A DNA stretch of 64,000 nucleotides, taken from assembly GCA_023954045.1 (NCBI GenBank), contig JAMLIR010000023.1, positions 681-64,680 of the forward strand. The letters are read 5' to 3'. Under the pieces are notes generated by a model that searched no databases, was not told the origin of the DNA, and saw nothing but the letters and a program-made list of their open reading frames with translations. Of the stretch, positions 27,131-38,641 are shown piece after piece (the first letter of the stretch is position 1; every line of letters begins with the position of its first letter). The DNA is from Burkholderiaceae bacterium. Lineage in GTDB: Bacteria > Pseudomonadota > Gammaproteobacteria > Burkholderiales > Burkholderiaceae_E. The translations under genes and the position numbers were made by a program.

Positions 27131-28696
27131 TTGCAGCAACTGACCGGACTCGATTCGGCCTTCCTCTACCTCGAGACGCCCGAGACGCCGATGCACGTGG
27201 CGTCGTTGCATCTCTACGATCTCCCCGAAGGTTTTCGTGGCGACTTCCTGAAGGCGATCCGCGCGCACATCCGCAGCCGCCTGCACCTGTTGCCGGTGCT
27301 GCGGCGGCGCCTGGCGCCGCTGCCGTTGCAGCTCGCGAGTCCGGTGTGGGTCGAGGATCGCCGCGTCGATCTTGCGCATCACATCAGGCGAGCGACGCTG
27401 CCCAGGCCGGGTACGCTCGCGCAGCTCAACGATTGGGTGGCGCAGGCGCACGCGGCGGCGCTCGACCGCAACCGGCCGCTGTGGGAGTTCTGGCTGGTCG
27501 ACGGCCTCGAATCGGGGCAGGTGGCGCTGTACTGCAAGGTGCATCACGCGACGCTGGACGGCGCCTCGGGCGTGCTGCTCGTCACCGAAATGCTCGACAC
27601 GACGCCGCAGCCGCGCCGGCTCGGGCGAGCGCCCGCGCGCGGCGGGCGAGCCGGCGCGTCGGCGCGGCAGTCGCCGCCAGCTGCGCGCGCCGTGCTCGGG
27701 ACGGCGTTCGAGCACACCGCCGGCCAGTTCGTGAAGCTGGTGCGCAGCCTGCCGAGCCTGTTGCCGATGCTCTCGGGCATCGTCGCCGGCGTGCGTTCGC
27801 GCGAGGCGCGCCCCGGGCTCGCACTGCTGCGCGGCAATTTCGCGTTCGGGCCGCGCACGCCGTGGAGCGGCGCGATCGGTCGCGAGCGATCGGTCGCGAC
27901 CGTGTCGTTGCCGCTCGATGCGGTGAAGGCGATCGCGCGCGCCCACGAAGCGAAGGTCAACGACGTGGTGCTGGCGATCTGCAGCGGCGCACTGCGCCGC
28001 TATCTCGCCGCGCACGGCGGCGTGCCGCGCAAGCCGCTGGTGGCCGCGGTGCCGGTGTCGCTGCGCGCCGACGGCGACGTGGAGTTCGCGACGCAGGCGA
28101 CGATGGTGCCGGCAAGCCTGGCGACGCACCTGGCCGACCCGGTGCGTCGATTGCGCGCGATCCGCGACGCGGCCGGCGCGTCGAAGTCGCTGACCGCGTC
28201 GGCCAGGCAGGTGCTGCCCACCGACTTCCCGACGCTCGGCCTGCCGTGGCTGCTGTCGGCGCTGGCGTCGCTGTATGGCCGCACGCGGCTGGCCAACGCG
28301 ATTCCGCCGATCGCCAACCTGGTGATCTCGAACGTGCCAGGGCCGCAAGTGCCGCTCTATCTCGCCGGCGCGCGGATGCGCACCTACTGGCCGCTGTCGA
28401 TCGTCGAGCACGGGCTCGGGCTGAACATCACGGTCGAAAGCTACAGCGGGTCGCTCGACTTCGGGCTGGTGGCGTGTCGCAAGTCGATCCCCGATCTCGA
28501 CGCGCTCGCGGCCGCGATGACCGACGCCTTCGAGGAACTGCGGGCGACCGGCGATCGGCCGCGCAGGACGGGGCGCGGTGCCGCGCGCAAGATGGCAGCG
28601 CCGGCGCCACGGCGCGACGCAACCCCGGCCCCACGGCGCAGGGCGAGTTCGAAACAGCCGGCGAGAGCCAGACCGGCGAAGGGCAAAGGAGACTGA
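27131..28696 (+). CDS. Wax ester synthase/diacylglycerol acyltransferase (WS/DGAT)
   Basis: LDSAFLYLE...PMHV, RPLWE, KVHHATLDG (HHxxxDG), NLVISNVPGP; TTG start. Confidence 0.92.
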   Translation: MQQLTGLDSAFLYLETPETPMHVASLHLYDLPEGFRGDFLKAIRAHIRSRLHLLPVLRRRLAPLPLQLASPVWVEDRRVDLAHHIRRATLPRPGTLAQLNDWVAQAHAAALDRNRPLWEFWLVDGLESGQVALYCKVHHATLDGASGVLLVTEMLDTTPQPRRLGRAPARGGRAGASARQSPPAARAVLGTAFEHTAGQFVKLVRSLPSLLPMLSGIVAGVRSREARPGLALLRGNFAFGPRTPWSGAIGRERSVATVSLPLDAVKAIARAHEAKVNDVVLAICSGALRRYLAAHGGVPRKPLVAAVPVSLRADGDVEFATQATMVPASLATHLADPVRRLRAIRDAAGASKSLTASARQVLPTDFPTLGLPWLLSALASLYGRTRLANAIPPIANLVISNVPGPQVPLYLAGARMRTYWPLSIVEHGLGLNITVESYSGSLDFGLVACRKSIPDLDALAAAMTDAFEELRATGDRPRRTGRGAARKMAAPAPRRDATPAPRRRASSKQPARARPAKGKGD

Positions 28697-28699
28697 TCG

Positions 28700-29491
28700 A
28701 TGCACAACGCACACCATTGGTACGAGGTCGGCCCGATGCGCGCACCGGGCGTCGTGCGGCTCGCGCTCGAGTGGCGCGCGCCCTGGGAGTTTGGCGCGGC
28801 GCTGTGGTCTCAGCCGCTGCTGCCGCTCGCGCCGCGCGGCGACGGGCACCCGGTGATCGTCTATCCGGGCCTGCTGGCCGGCGACCGCAGCACCGGGGTG
28901 CTGCGCCGCTTCCTCGGCCGGCTCGGCTATGCGGTTATCCCGTCGGGCATCAAGCGCAACCTCGGCCCGCGCGACGGCGTGCTCGAAGCGCTGCGCGACG
29001 GCCTGCTCGCGGCGCGTCGCGAGCACGGTCGCACGGTGAGCCTGATCGGCTGGAGCCTGGGCGGGGTGTACGCGCGCGAGCTGGCCAAGGAGTATCCCGA
29101 CGACGTGCGGCAGGTGGTCACGATGGGCACGCCGTTCACCGGTCATCCGAAGGCGACCAACGCGTGGCGGATCTACGAGTTCTTCACCGGCCACCGGATC
29201 GGGACGCCCGAGCTGCACGAGCCGCTGCGCGAGCCGCCGCCGGTGCCGACGACGTCGATCTTCAGCCGCACCGACGGCGTCGTGTCGTGGAAGTGCTGCG
29301 TCGAGAAGGAGGGCCCGGCCGCCGAGAACATCGAGGTCGAGGCGAGTCACCTCGGCATGGGCTTCAACCCGATGGTGCTCTACGCGGTCGCCGACCGGCT
29401 CGCGCAGCCCGAGGGCGGCTGGCAGCCGTTCGACCGGGCCGGCGTGCGCGCGCTGCTGTACCGCGATCCGCGGCGCAAGACCTGGTACTGA
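28700..29491 (+). CDS. Alpha/beta hydrolase (esterase/lipase-like)
   Basis: GWSLGG, DGVV, SHLGM. Confidence 0.88.
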   Translation: MHNAHHWYEVGPMRAPGVVRLALEWRAPWEFGAALWSQPLLPLAPRGDGHPVIVYPGLLAGDRSTGVLRRFLGRLGYAVIPSGIKRNLGPRDGVLEALRDGLLAARREHGRTVSLIGWSLGGVYARELAKEYPDDVRQVVTMGTPFTGHPKATNAWRIYEFFTGHRIGTPELHEPLREPPPVPTTSIFSRTDGVVSWKCCVEKEGPAAENIEVEASHLGMGFNPMVLYAVADRLAQPEGGWQPFDRAGVRALLYRDPRRKTWY

Positions 29492-29528
29492 GCGCGCGGC
29501 TTGCGCGCGCGCCGAGAGGGGCCCCGGG

Positions 29529-30419
29529 ATGCCGGCCGTCGACGTGAAGGGCGTGCGCCTCGACTACGAGTCGCTGGGCGATGCGCAGGCGCCGGCGATC
29601 GTGCTGGTCATGGGGCTGGGCATGCAGTCGATCGCGTGGCCCGACGCGTTCTGCGAGGGGCTGGTGCGCGAGGGCTTCCGCGTCGTGCGCTTCGACAACC
29701 GCGACAGCGGCCTGTCGTCGCGGATGACGGGCGGCGGCACCGCGAACCTGATGATGGCCCTGGCCGCGAAGTGGTTGCGCCTGCCGGTACCGGCCCCGTA
29801 TTCGCTCGATGACATGGCCGCCGACACGGTGGGCCTGATGGACGCACTCGGCATCGCGCGCGCGCACGTGGTCGGCGCTTCGATGGGCGGCATGATTGCC
29901 CAGCTCGTAGCGATCCATTACCCGGCGCGCGTCGCGAGCCTCACCTCGATCATGTCGAGCACCGGCAACGCCGCGCTGGCGAAGCCCACCGCCGCCGCGC
30001 GCAAGGCGCTGCTGCGTCCCGCGCCGAGCCCCGGCGACGTCGACGCCGTGGTCGAGCACCTGGTGTCGCTGTTCGGCGTGATCGGCAGCCCGGGCTTCCC
30101 GGCCGACCACGCGGAGCTGCGCAGCCGCATCGAGCGCGGCGTGCGGCGCGCCTACGATCCGGCCGGCACGCTGCGGCAGTTGCTGGCCATCGTCGCGGCG
30201 CCCGACCGTCGCGCGCAGCTGAAGCGGCTCGCCGTGCCGACGCTGGTGATCCACGGCGCAAGCGATCCGCTGGTGCCGGTCGACGCGGGGCGCGAGACCG
30301 CGCGCTCGATTCCGGGCGCGCGGCTGATGGTGATCGACGGGATGGGGCACGACCTGCCGCCGGCGCTGTGGCCGGCGCTGGTCGAGGCGATCGCCGCGCA
30401 CTGCCGCGCGGCGGGGTAG
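29529..30419 (+). CDS. Alpha/beta hydrolase (esterase)
   Basis: RFDNRDSG, GASMGG, DPLV, GMGHD. Confidence 0.9.
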   Translation: MPAVDVKGVRLDYESLGDAQAPAIVLVMGLGMQSIAWPDAFCEGLVREGFRVVRFDNRDSGLSSRMTGGGTANLMMALAAKWLRLPVPAPYSLDDMAADTVGLMDALGIARAHVVGASMGGMIAQLVAIHYPARVASLTSIMSSTGNAALAKPTAAARKALLRPAPSPGDVDAVVEHLVSLFGVIGSPGFPADHAELRSRIERGVRRAYDPAGTLRQLLAIVAAPDRRAQLKRLAVPTLVIHGASDPLVPVDAGRETARSIPGARLMVIDGMGHDLPPALWPALVEAIAAHCRAAG

Positions 30420-30435
30420 GACGCGGTGCGCGCGA

Positions 30436-30954
30436 CTACTTGCCCGGGCAGGCCTTCGTTTCGCTCGCGACCTTGCCGACCAGCAGCAGGAAGTTCTCGA
30501 ACGGCCCCATGTTGCCCATCGCCTCGAGCTTCGGTCCGTCGAAGCCCAGCCGCTGCATGAACATCGCCCGCATCGGGCCGTAGTCGCCGCGGCCCATCTC
30601 GATCCAGCGGGCGGTCTCGGCCATCATCACGTAGTCGGCGCCCGAGTCGAGCTTGTCGGCCTGCGGCGCGCCGCCGTAGACGCACATCGCCTTGCCGTCC
30701 TTCAGCGCGACGCGCAACTCGGCGGTGGGCTTGTCGCCGCAGTCGGTGCGATAGACCTGCATGATCTTGTAGCCGCGCGACTTGTCGTTGGCCATCCAGC
30801 CGCTCTCGACCAGCTTGTCGGTCAGAACGGGATCCTTGTTCCAGGCTTCGCAGGCGGCCTTGCCCCAATCGGCCGACATCATCGTCGGTGCTGCCCAGGC
30901 GGGCGCGGCAATGCCGATCGCGATCAGCGAGGCGGCCAGGGTGGTACGACGCAT
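30436..30954 (-). CDS. SCP2-like lipid-binding protein with signal peptide
   Basis: AWA cleavage motif; WGKAACEAWN, LGFDGPKLEAMGNMGPFENFL. Confidence 0.65.
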   Translation of the reverse strand: MRRTTLAASLIAIGIAAPAWAAPTMMSADWGKAACEAWNKDPVLTDKLVESGWMANDKSRGYKIMQVYRTDCGDKPTAELRVALKDGKAMCVYGGAPQADKLDSGADYVMMAETARWIEMGRGDYGPMRAMFMQRLGFDGPKLEAMGNMGPFENFLLLVGKVASETKACPGK

Positions 30955-30973
30955 CGAACTACTCCTTCGGTGG

Positions 30974-31828
30974 TCAAAGCGTTCTTGCGGAGAAGGTGTC
31001 GCACTGCGACGCGCGTCCGCTTTCCAGTCCGGCCCGGAACCAGCGCACGCGCTGCGCCGACGTTCCGTGCGTGAACGATTCGGGAACCACGACGCCCTGC
31101 GTCTGCTTCTGGATGCGATCGTCGCCGACCGCCGACGCCGCGCCCATGCCTTCCTCGACGTCGCCCTTCTCGAGCCAGTTGCGCGCCTGCTGCGAGTGAT
31201 TGGCCCAGACGCCGGCGTAGCAGTCGGCCTGCAATTCGAGCCGCACCGACAGCGCGTTGTACTGCTGCTCGGAGACGCGCTGGCGGGCGCGCTCCATCTG
31301 CTCCATCGTGCCGAGCAGGTTCTGCACGTGGTGCCCGACCTCGTGCGCGACGACGTAGGCCTGCGCGAAGTCGCCGGGGGCGCCCAGCCGCTCGCGCATC
31401 AGCTGGAAGAAGCTCAGGTCGATGTACAGGCGCCGGTCGCCGGGACAATAGAACGGCCCCGAGGCGGCCGCGCCCAGGCCGCAGGCCGTGCCGATGCGGT
31501 CGCTGTACAGCACCAGCTTCGGCGGTTCGTAGGTCTTGCCGGCCTGGGTGAAGATCTGCGACCAAACGTCTTCGGTGCTGGCCAGCACCACCGATACGAA
31601 GCGGCCGGTCTCGTCGGTGGGCGCTGGCGCCGGACCCTGCTGCGTCGACGATCCGGTCATGGTGTCGACGCCCTCGAGCACGCCCATGATCATCCGCGGG
31701 TCGACGCCGAACAGCCAGGCCGCAATCACCGCGATCACGATCGTGCCGAGCCCGAACCCGGCCCGGCGGCCGCCCATCCCGCGGCGATCCTCGACGTTCG
31801 AGCTCTCCCGTTCTCCCTGCCAGCGCAT
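30974..31828 (-). CDS. ypfJ: Neutral zinc metallopeptidase (YpfJ family)
   Basis: MRWQGERESSNVEDRRG, GPFYCP, AHEVGHHVQ (HExxH), ELQADC, FTHGTS. Confidence 0.92.
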   Translation of the reverse strand: MRWQGERESSNVEDRRGMGGRRAGFGLGTIVIAVIAAWLFGVDPRMIMGVLEGVDTMTGSSTQQGPAPAPTDETGRFVSVVLASTEDVWSQIFTQAGKTYEPPKLVLYSDRIGTACGLGAAASGPFYCPGDRRLYIDLSFFQLMRERLGAPGDFAQAYVVAHEVGHHVQNLLGTMEQMERARQRVSEQQYNALSVRLELQADCYAGVWANHSQQARNWLEKGDVEEGMGAASAVGDDRIQKQTQGVVVPESFTHGTSAQRVRWFRAGLESGRASQCDTFSARTL

Positions 31829-32049
31829 GACGGCCTCCGTTCGCGAGTCGAAGGCACATCTTAGTGGCTCTGGAGCGCGCTGCACGAGTCGCGGCGCTCG
31901 ATGCCCGGCGTGCGGAAGTTCTGCGCGCGCAAAGGCGCGGGCGATGGCGTGGGCCCTTTGCCGGAAACGTTACTGCGCTCGCCACCGGCGTCGCGAAGCG
32001 AGCGATCAGCGGCGCGGTCTTCGCTGAGAATGCCATCGACGTGTCCAGA

Positions 32050-32363
32050 GCGGCAGGCGGCGGCTGGGCGGGACAGGCGGGCGGCGTCCGGTGTGCGGGC
32101 GCATCGCAGGCAGGGCGATGTCGGCGGCGCCGAGCAGCGCAGCCTCGGGGTCGGCGCGCGAAGCGCGCTTCGTCCATCATTCTCGCGGCGATTGTCTGAG
32201 CGGAGCTCGCGCAGCGAGCGTAGCGAGTTTCGCCGCGCGACCTCGAGGCGAGCAGCGAAGGGGAGTCGGTGCGCAGCGCCGACCGCCGTCGTCATCGCCC
32301 TGCCTGCGATGCGCCCGCACACCGGACGCCGCCCGCCTGTCCCGCCCAGCCGCCGCCTGCCGC
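32050..32363. mobile_element. MITE/REPIN-like non-autonomous element with 71-bp perfect terminal inverted repeats
   Basis: 32050-32120 is the exact reverse complement of 32293-32363; 172-bp core contains palindromes; no transposase. Confidence 0.65.
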
Positions 32364-33110
32364 GAACGCGAGCCACTCGCGCAGTGAACGCAGCGACACA
32401 GGACCGCGTGCGCCCGGAACGACCGACGAGCGCAAAGGTGCCGGCGAAGCGAGGTCGTCGCACTCCGCGAGCGCGCCGTCGAACGCGCAATCGCCGAAGT
32501 ACGCGCTGCGCGTGACCAGCGTCGCGATGCCGGCGGCGCGCGCTGCCACGAGCCCGTTCGGCGAGTCCTCGATCGCGATCGCCTCGTCGGTCTCGATGTC
32601 CAGCCGCTGCAGCGCAAGCCGGTAGGCTTGTGGGTCGGGCTTCTTGCGCGGTGCGTCCTCGGCGCAGACGACGGCGCGAAAGCGCGACTCCCAGTGTTCT
32701 CCCAGGCTCGCGCGCAGCAGCGCGTCGACATTGCCACGTCCGGTGGTCGTGGCGATCGCGGTCATCACGCCCCAGTCGATGCACTCGTCGATCAACTCGC
32801 GCACGCCCGGCCGCAGCGCGATGCCGCCTGCCGCCACGCGTGCCTCGTACAGCGCGTTCTTGCGCCGATGCAACTCGCGGGCGAGCGCCTCGCGCTCTCG
32901 CTGCGATGCCGGCGCGTCGGCGCGGCTCGCCATGTCGTGCAGGATGCGCTCGTAGCCGCCAGTGACACGCAGCAGGCGGCCGTACGTGTCGACGTCCCAG
33001 CGCCACGGGACGCCGAGCGCCTCGAACGCGCCGTTGAACGCCACGCGATGGCCGTCGCGCTCGGTCTCGGCGAGCGTCCCGTCGACGTCCCAGATCAGCG
33101 CCCGCAGCAC
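32292..33110 (-). CDS. cbbY: HAD-IA hydrolase, CbbY (xylulose-1,5-bisphosphate phosphatase) family
   Basis: LIWDVDGTLAETERDGHRVAFN, LRVTGG, TTT, KKPDP, EDSPNG; GTG start inferred. Confidence 0.8.
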   Translation of the reverse strand: MLRALIWDVDGTLAETERDGHRVAFNGAFEALGVPWRWDVDTYGRLLRVTGGYERILHDMASRADAPASQREREALARELHRRKNALYEARVAAGGIALRPGVRELIDECIDWGVMTAIATTTGRGNVDALLRASLGEHWESRFRAVVCAEDAPRKKPDPQAYRLALQRLDIETDEAIAIEDSPNGLVAARAAGIATLVTRSAYFGDCAFDGALAECDDLASPAPLRSSVVPGARGPVSLRSLREWLAFAAGGGWAGQAGGVRCAGASQAGR

Positions 33111-33121
33111 CGCGGGGCCGT

Positions 33122-34159
33122 TCAGCGATAGCGCTGGATCATCGCTTCCAGCGGCACCGGCTTGATTCTCGCGGCCTGGCCTGCGCAGCCGAACGCCTCG
33201 AAGCGCGCCTTGACGACGTCGCGCGCGGCGTTCTTGGCGGCGGCGAGCGCCTTGCGCGGGTCGAACTCCGAAGGCTGCTCGGCGAACACGCGGCGCATCG
33301 CGCCGGTCATCGCCAGCCGGATGTCGGTGTCGATGTTGACCTTGCGCACGCCGCTGTCGATGCCGCGGCGGATCTCCTCGACCGGCACGCCGTAGGTCTC
33401 GCGGATGTCGCCGCCGTACCTGCGGATGACCTCGAGCCACTCCTGCGGGACGCTCGAGCTGCCGTGCATCACCAGGTGCGTGTTCGGCACCGCCGCGTGG
33501 ATCTTCGCGATGCGGTCGATCGCGAGGATGTCGCCGGTGGGCTTGCGGGTGAACTTGTAGGCGCCGTGGCTGGTGCCGATCGCGATCGCCAGCGCGTCGA
33601 CGCCTGTGCGCGCGACGAAGTCGCGTGCCTGATCGGGGTCGGTGAGCAGCATCTCGCGGCTCAGCTTGCCTGCCGCGCCGACGCCGTCTTCCTCGCCGGC
33701 CTCGCCGGTTTCGAGCGAGCCCAGGCAGCCGAGCTCGCCCTCGACCGACACGCCGACCGCGTGCGAGAACTCGCAGACCTTGCGCGTGACCTCGACGTTG
33801 TAGTCGTAGCTGGCCGGCGTCTTCGCGTCCTCCAGCAGCGAGCCGTCCATCATCACGCTGGTGAAGCCCGAGCGGATCGCCTGCTGGCACACCGCCGGCG
33901 AAGCGCCGTGGTCCTGGTGCAGAACGACCGGGATGTCGGGATGCGCCTCGACCGCCGCCAGCACCATGTGCCGCAGGTACGGCTCGCCGGCGTACTTGCG
34001 CGCACCTGCCGACGCCTGCAGGATCACCGGGCTCTGCGTCTGCTGCGCGCCCTCCATGATCGCGTGGATCTGCTCGAGGTTGTTGACGTTGAACGCGGGT
34101 ACCCCGTAGCCGTGCTCGGCCGCGTGATCCAGCACCTGGCGAAGCGAAACGAGCGCCAT
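33122..34159 (-). CDS. fba: Class II fructose-bisphosphate aldolase (CbbA type)
   Basis: [35 protein letters not shown]. Confidence 0.95.
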   Translation of the reverse strand: MALVSLRQVLDHAAEHGYGVPAFNVNNLEQIHAIMEGAQQTQSPVILQASAGARKYAGEPYLRHMVLAAVEAHPDIPVVLHQDHGASPAVCQQAIRSGFTSVMMDGSLLEDAKTPASYDYNVEVTRKVCEFSHAVGVSVEGELGCLGSLETGEAGEEDGVGAAGKLSREMLLTDPDQARDFVARTGVDALAIAIGTSHGAYKFTRKPTGDILAIDRIAKIHAAVPNTHLVMHGSSSVPQEWLEVIRRYGGDIRETYGVPVEEIRRGIDSGVRKVNIDTDIRLAMTGAMRRVFAEQPSEFDPRKALAAAKNAARDVVKARFEAFGCAGQAARIKPVPLEAMIQRYR

Positions 34160-34163
34160 CGGG

Positions 34164-36233
<2,070 letters not shown>

Positions 36234-36262
36234 CGAGAGTCTCCAGGGGGTCTACCCCAGGG

Positions 36263-36329
36263 ACTCTAGGATCGGCGCCGGCTCATTTGAAGTCAGGAAT
36301 TCTTAGGACCGACTTCAGGAAAAACTGAA
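36263..36329 (-). promoter_or_regulatory. AT-rich tkt upstream control region with dyad motifs
   Basis: Minus-strand TAGAGT -10 candidate (36263-36268); TCA-N7-TTA (36293-36305); TGAAGTC-N16-GACTTCA (36288-36317); TTCAG-N6-CTGAA (36314-36329). Confidence 0.45.
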
Positions 36330-36330
36330 T

Positions 36331-37941
36331 CTAAGCGTGGTGGTCGTGCAGCGTGAAACGGGCGCCGCCCCGCTCGCGCAGGACGCTGAAGCGCAGGTCA
36401 GGCCAGCGTTCCTGGGCGACCGTGATCTCGTGGGGGGTGCGCACCAGGTACGTGGGGGCGTCGGCCGCATCGAGCGCCACCCGCGCGGCGTTCTGCTCCA
36501 GGAAGCGCGCGACCATCGCCTCGTCGTCGCCGTTGATCCACCGGGCGGCCACGTAGGGGGCCGGCGTGATCCGCGCTTCGACGTTGTACTCGACGCGCAG
36601 CCGGTGGGCGACCACCTCGAACTGCAGTTCGCCGACGGCACCCAGCAGCAGCCGGCTGCCCCCGTCCTGCCGGAACACCTGGATCGCGCCCTCGTCGCCG
36701 AGCTGCGCGAGCGCCGCCCGCAGCTGCTTCATCTTCATCGGGTCGACCACCTCGATCGTGCGGAACGACTCGGGCGCGAAGAACGGCAGGCCGCTGAAGT
36801 GCAGCAACTCGCCTTCGGTCAGCGTGTCGCCGAGGCTCAGCGTGCCGTGGTTCGGGATGCCGATGATGTCGCCCGGAAACGCCTCGTCGACCAGGTCGCG
36901 GCGCTGCGAGAGGAACGTGACCACGTTCTGCGGGCGCAACTGGCGCTTCGTGCGCGTGTTGAACAGCGCCATCCCGCGCTCGAAGCGGCCCGAGCAGACG
37001 CGCACGAAGGCCACGCGGTCGCGGTGCTGCGGATCCATGTTCGCCTGCACCTTGAACACCACGCCGCTGAACTTCGGCTCGTCGGGCGCGACCATGCGCT
37101 CGTCGGCGTGCTTCGGGCCCGGCATCGGCACCAGGTCGACGATCGAGTCGAGCACCTCGCGCACGCCGAAGTTGTTGATCGCCGAGCCGAAGAACACCGG
37201 CGTCTGGCGCGCGTCCAGGAACAGCGCGCGATCGAACTCCGGCGAGGCGCCGCGCACCAGCTCGAGCTCGGGCTCGGCGTCGGTCCACTCCTGCCCGAGC
37301 GTCGCCGCCTGGGCCGGGTCGCCGACGTCGACCAGTTCGGCCTGCTCGACGTCGCGGTCCATCCCGGGGCGAAAGCGCCGCACCCGGCCGATGCGCAGGT
37401 CATAGACGCCGCGGAAGCGGTTGCCCATGCCGATCGGCCAGGTGAAAGGAATCGGCGCCATCCCCAGCTCGCGCTCGATCTCGTCGAGCAGGTCCAGCGG
37501 GCCGCGCACCTCGCGGTCGAGCTTGTTGACGAAGGTGACGATCGGGATGTTCCGGCTGCGGCAGATCCTGAGCAGCCGCAGCGTCTGCGACTCGATGCCG
37601 TTGGCCGCGTCGATCACCATCAGCGCCGCGTCGACCGCGGTCAGCACCCGGTAGGTGTCCTCGGAGAAGTCCTGGTGGCCCGGCGTGTCGAGCAGGTTGA
37701 TCACGCAGTCGCGGTGGACGAACTGCATCACCGAGCTCGCCACCGAGATGCCGCGCTGCTTCTCGATCTCCATCCAGTCGGAGGTCGCGTGGCGGCTCGC
37801 CTTGCGCGCCTTGACGCTGCCGGCGATCTGGATCGCGCCCGAGAACAGCAGCAGCTTCTCGGTCAGCGTCGTCTTGCCGGCGTCGGGGTGGGAAATGATG
37901 GCGAAGGTTCTTCGCCGGGCGTACTCGGGGAGGTCTTGCAT
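36331..37941 (-). CDS. prfC: Peptide chain release factor 3
   Basis: RRRTFAIISHPDAGKTTLTEKLL, DTPGHQDFSEDTYR, NKLD. Confidence 0.96.
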   Translation of the reverse strand: MQDLPEYARRRTFAIISHPDAGKTTLTEKLLLFSGAIQIAGSVKARKASRHATSDWMEIEKQRGISVASSVMQFVHRDCVINLLDTPGHQDFSEDTYRVLTAVDAALMVIDAANGIESQTLRLLRICRSRNIPIVTFVNKLDREVRGPLDLLDEIERELGMAPIPFTWPIGMGNRFRGVYDLRIGRVRRFRPGMDRDVEQAELVDVGDPAQAATLGQEWTDAEPELELVRGASPEFDRALFLDARQTPVFFGSAINNFGVREVLDSIVDLVPMPGPKHADERMVAPDEPKFSGVVFKVQANMDPQHRDRVAFVRVCSGRFERGMALFNTRTKRQLRPQNVVTFLSQRRDLVDEAFPGDIIGIPNHGTLSLGDTLTEGELLHFSGLPFFAPESFRTIEVVDPMKMKQLRAALAQLGDEGAIQVFRQDGGSRLLLGAVGELQFEVVAHRLRVEYNVEARITPAPYVAARWINGDDEAMVARFLEQNAARVALDAADAPTYLVRTPHEITVAQERWPDLRFSVLRERGGARFTLHDHHA

Positions 37942-38002
37942 CGTGGGCCGCTCGGGGGCCCCGAAGTATATGCGAACGAAGCCCCCGGGCGGGGCATCGC
38001 GA

Positions 38003-38641
38003 TCAGCGCGGGCGCAGCGCCTCGCCCCAGCCCTGGAACGGCCCGAGCGGGTTGCGCGTGACCTGCAGCTCGTGCAGGTTGGGCTGGCCGCCGAACACCG
38101 TGTAGACGACCAGGTCGTCGACGAACAGGATCAGCGCGTTGAAGGTCCAGCCGGTGATGTTCGTCTCGCGGCGAAACGCGAACGAATCGAGCCAGAAATT
38201 GCCGATCCGGTCGCGCTTGATGCGCTTGGCGGCGATCGAGTAGCCCGAGCAGGCCTTGCCGGCGGCCAGGCAGGTGCGGATCCCGGCCTCGTACTCGTCG
38301 GGCCGCAGCGCGGTGCCTGCCGAGAAGCGCTGGACGATCTCCGGGTAGGTCAGGATCGTGACCGCGGGGTTGCGCTTCGGGTCGAAGCCGTTCTCGATCA
38401 GGTCGGACTTGCGGGTGCCGAACGGCTCGATCGCCTCGACCGCCTCGCGCGCCTCGTCGAAGCTGTTCCACTCGACCTCGGTGCGGTCGCTCGCGTCGGG
38501 CAGCAGCGCCTGGCAGCCCGCGGCCGCGGCCAGCGCCAGCGCGGCGAGGAGGGTCCGCACCGAGGCCAGGCTCGGTCGGGAACGCGGTCGGGAACTCAGT
38601 CGGGAAGCTCCGGTGGTCGGCACGGGCCGGGTCGATTGCAT
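38003..38641 (-). CDS. Hypothetical lipoprotein
   Basis: LAAAAGC lipobox; true start may be GTG 38560. Confidence 0.7.
   Translation of the reverse strand: MQSTRPVPTTGASRLSSRPRSRPSLASVRTLLAALALAAAAGCQALLPDASDRTEVEWNSFDEAREAVEAIEPFGTRKSDLIENGFDPKRNPAVTILTYPEIVQRFSAGTALRPDEYEAGIRTCLAAGKACSGYSIAAKRIKRDRIGNFWLDSFAFRRETNITGWTFNALILFVDDLVVYTVFGGQPNLHELQVTRNPLGPFQGWGEALRPR

Noticed and set aside
31829-32049. Possible small ORFs between ypfJ and the repeat element
   Set aside because: No RBS, motif or convincing composition in any frame.
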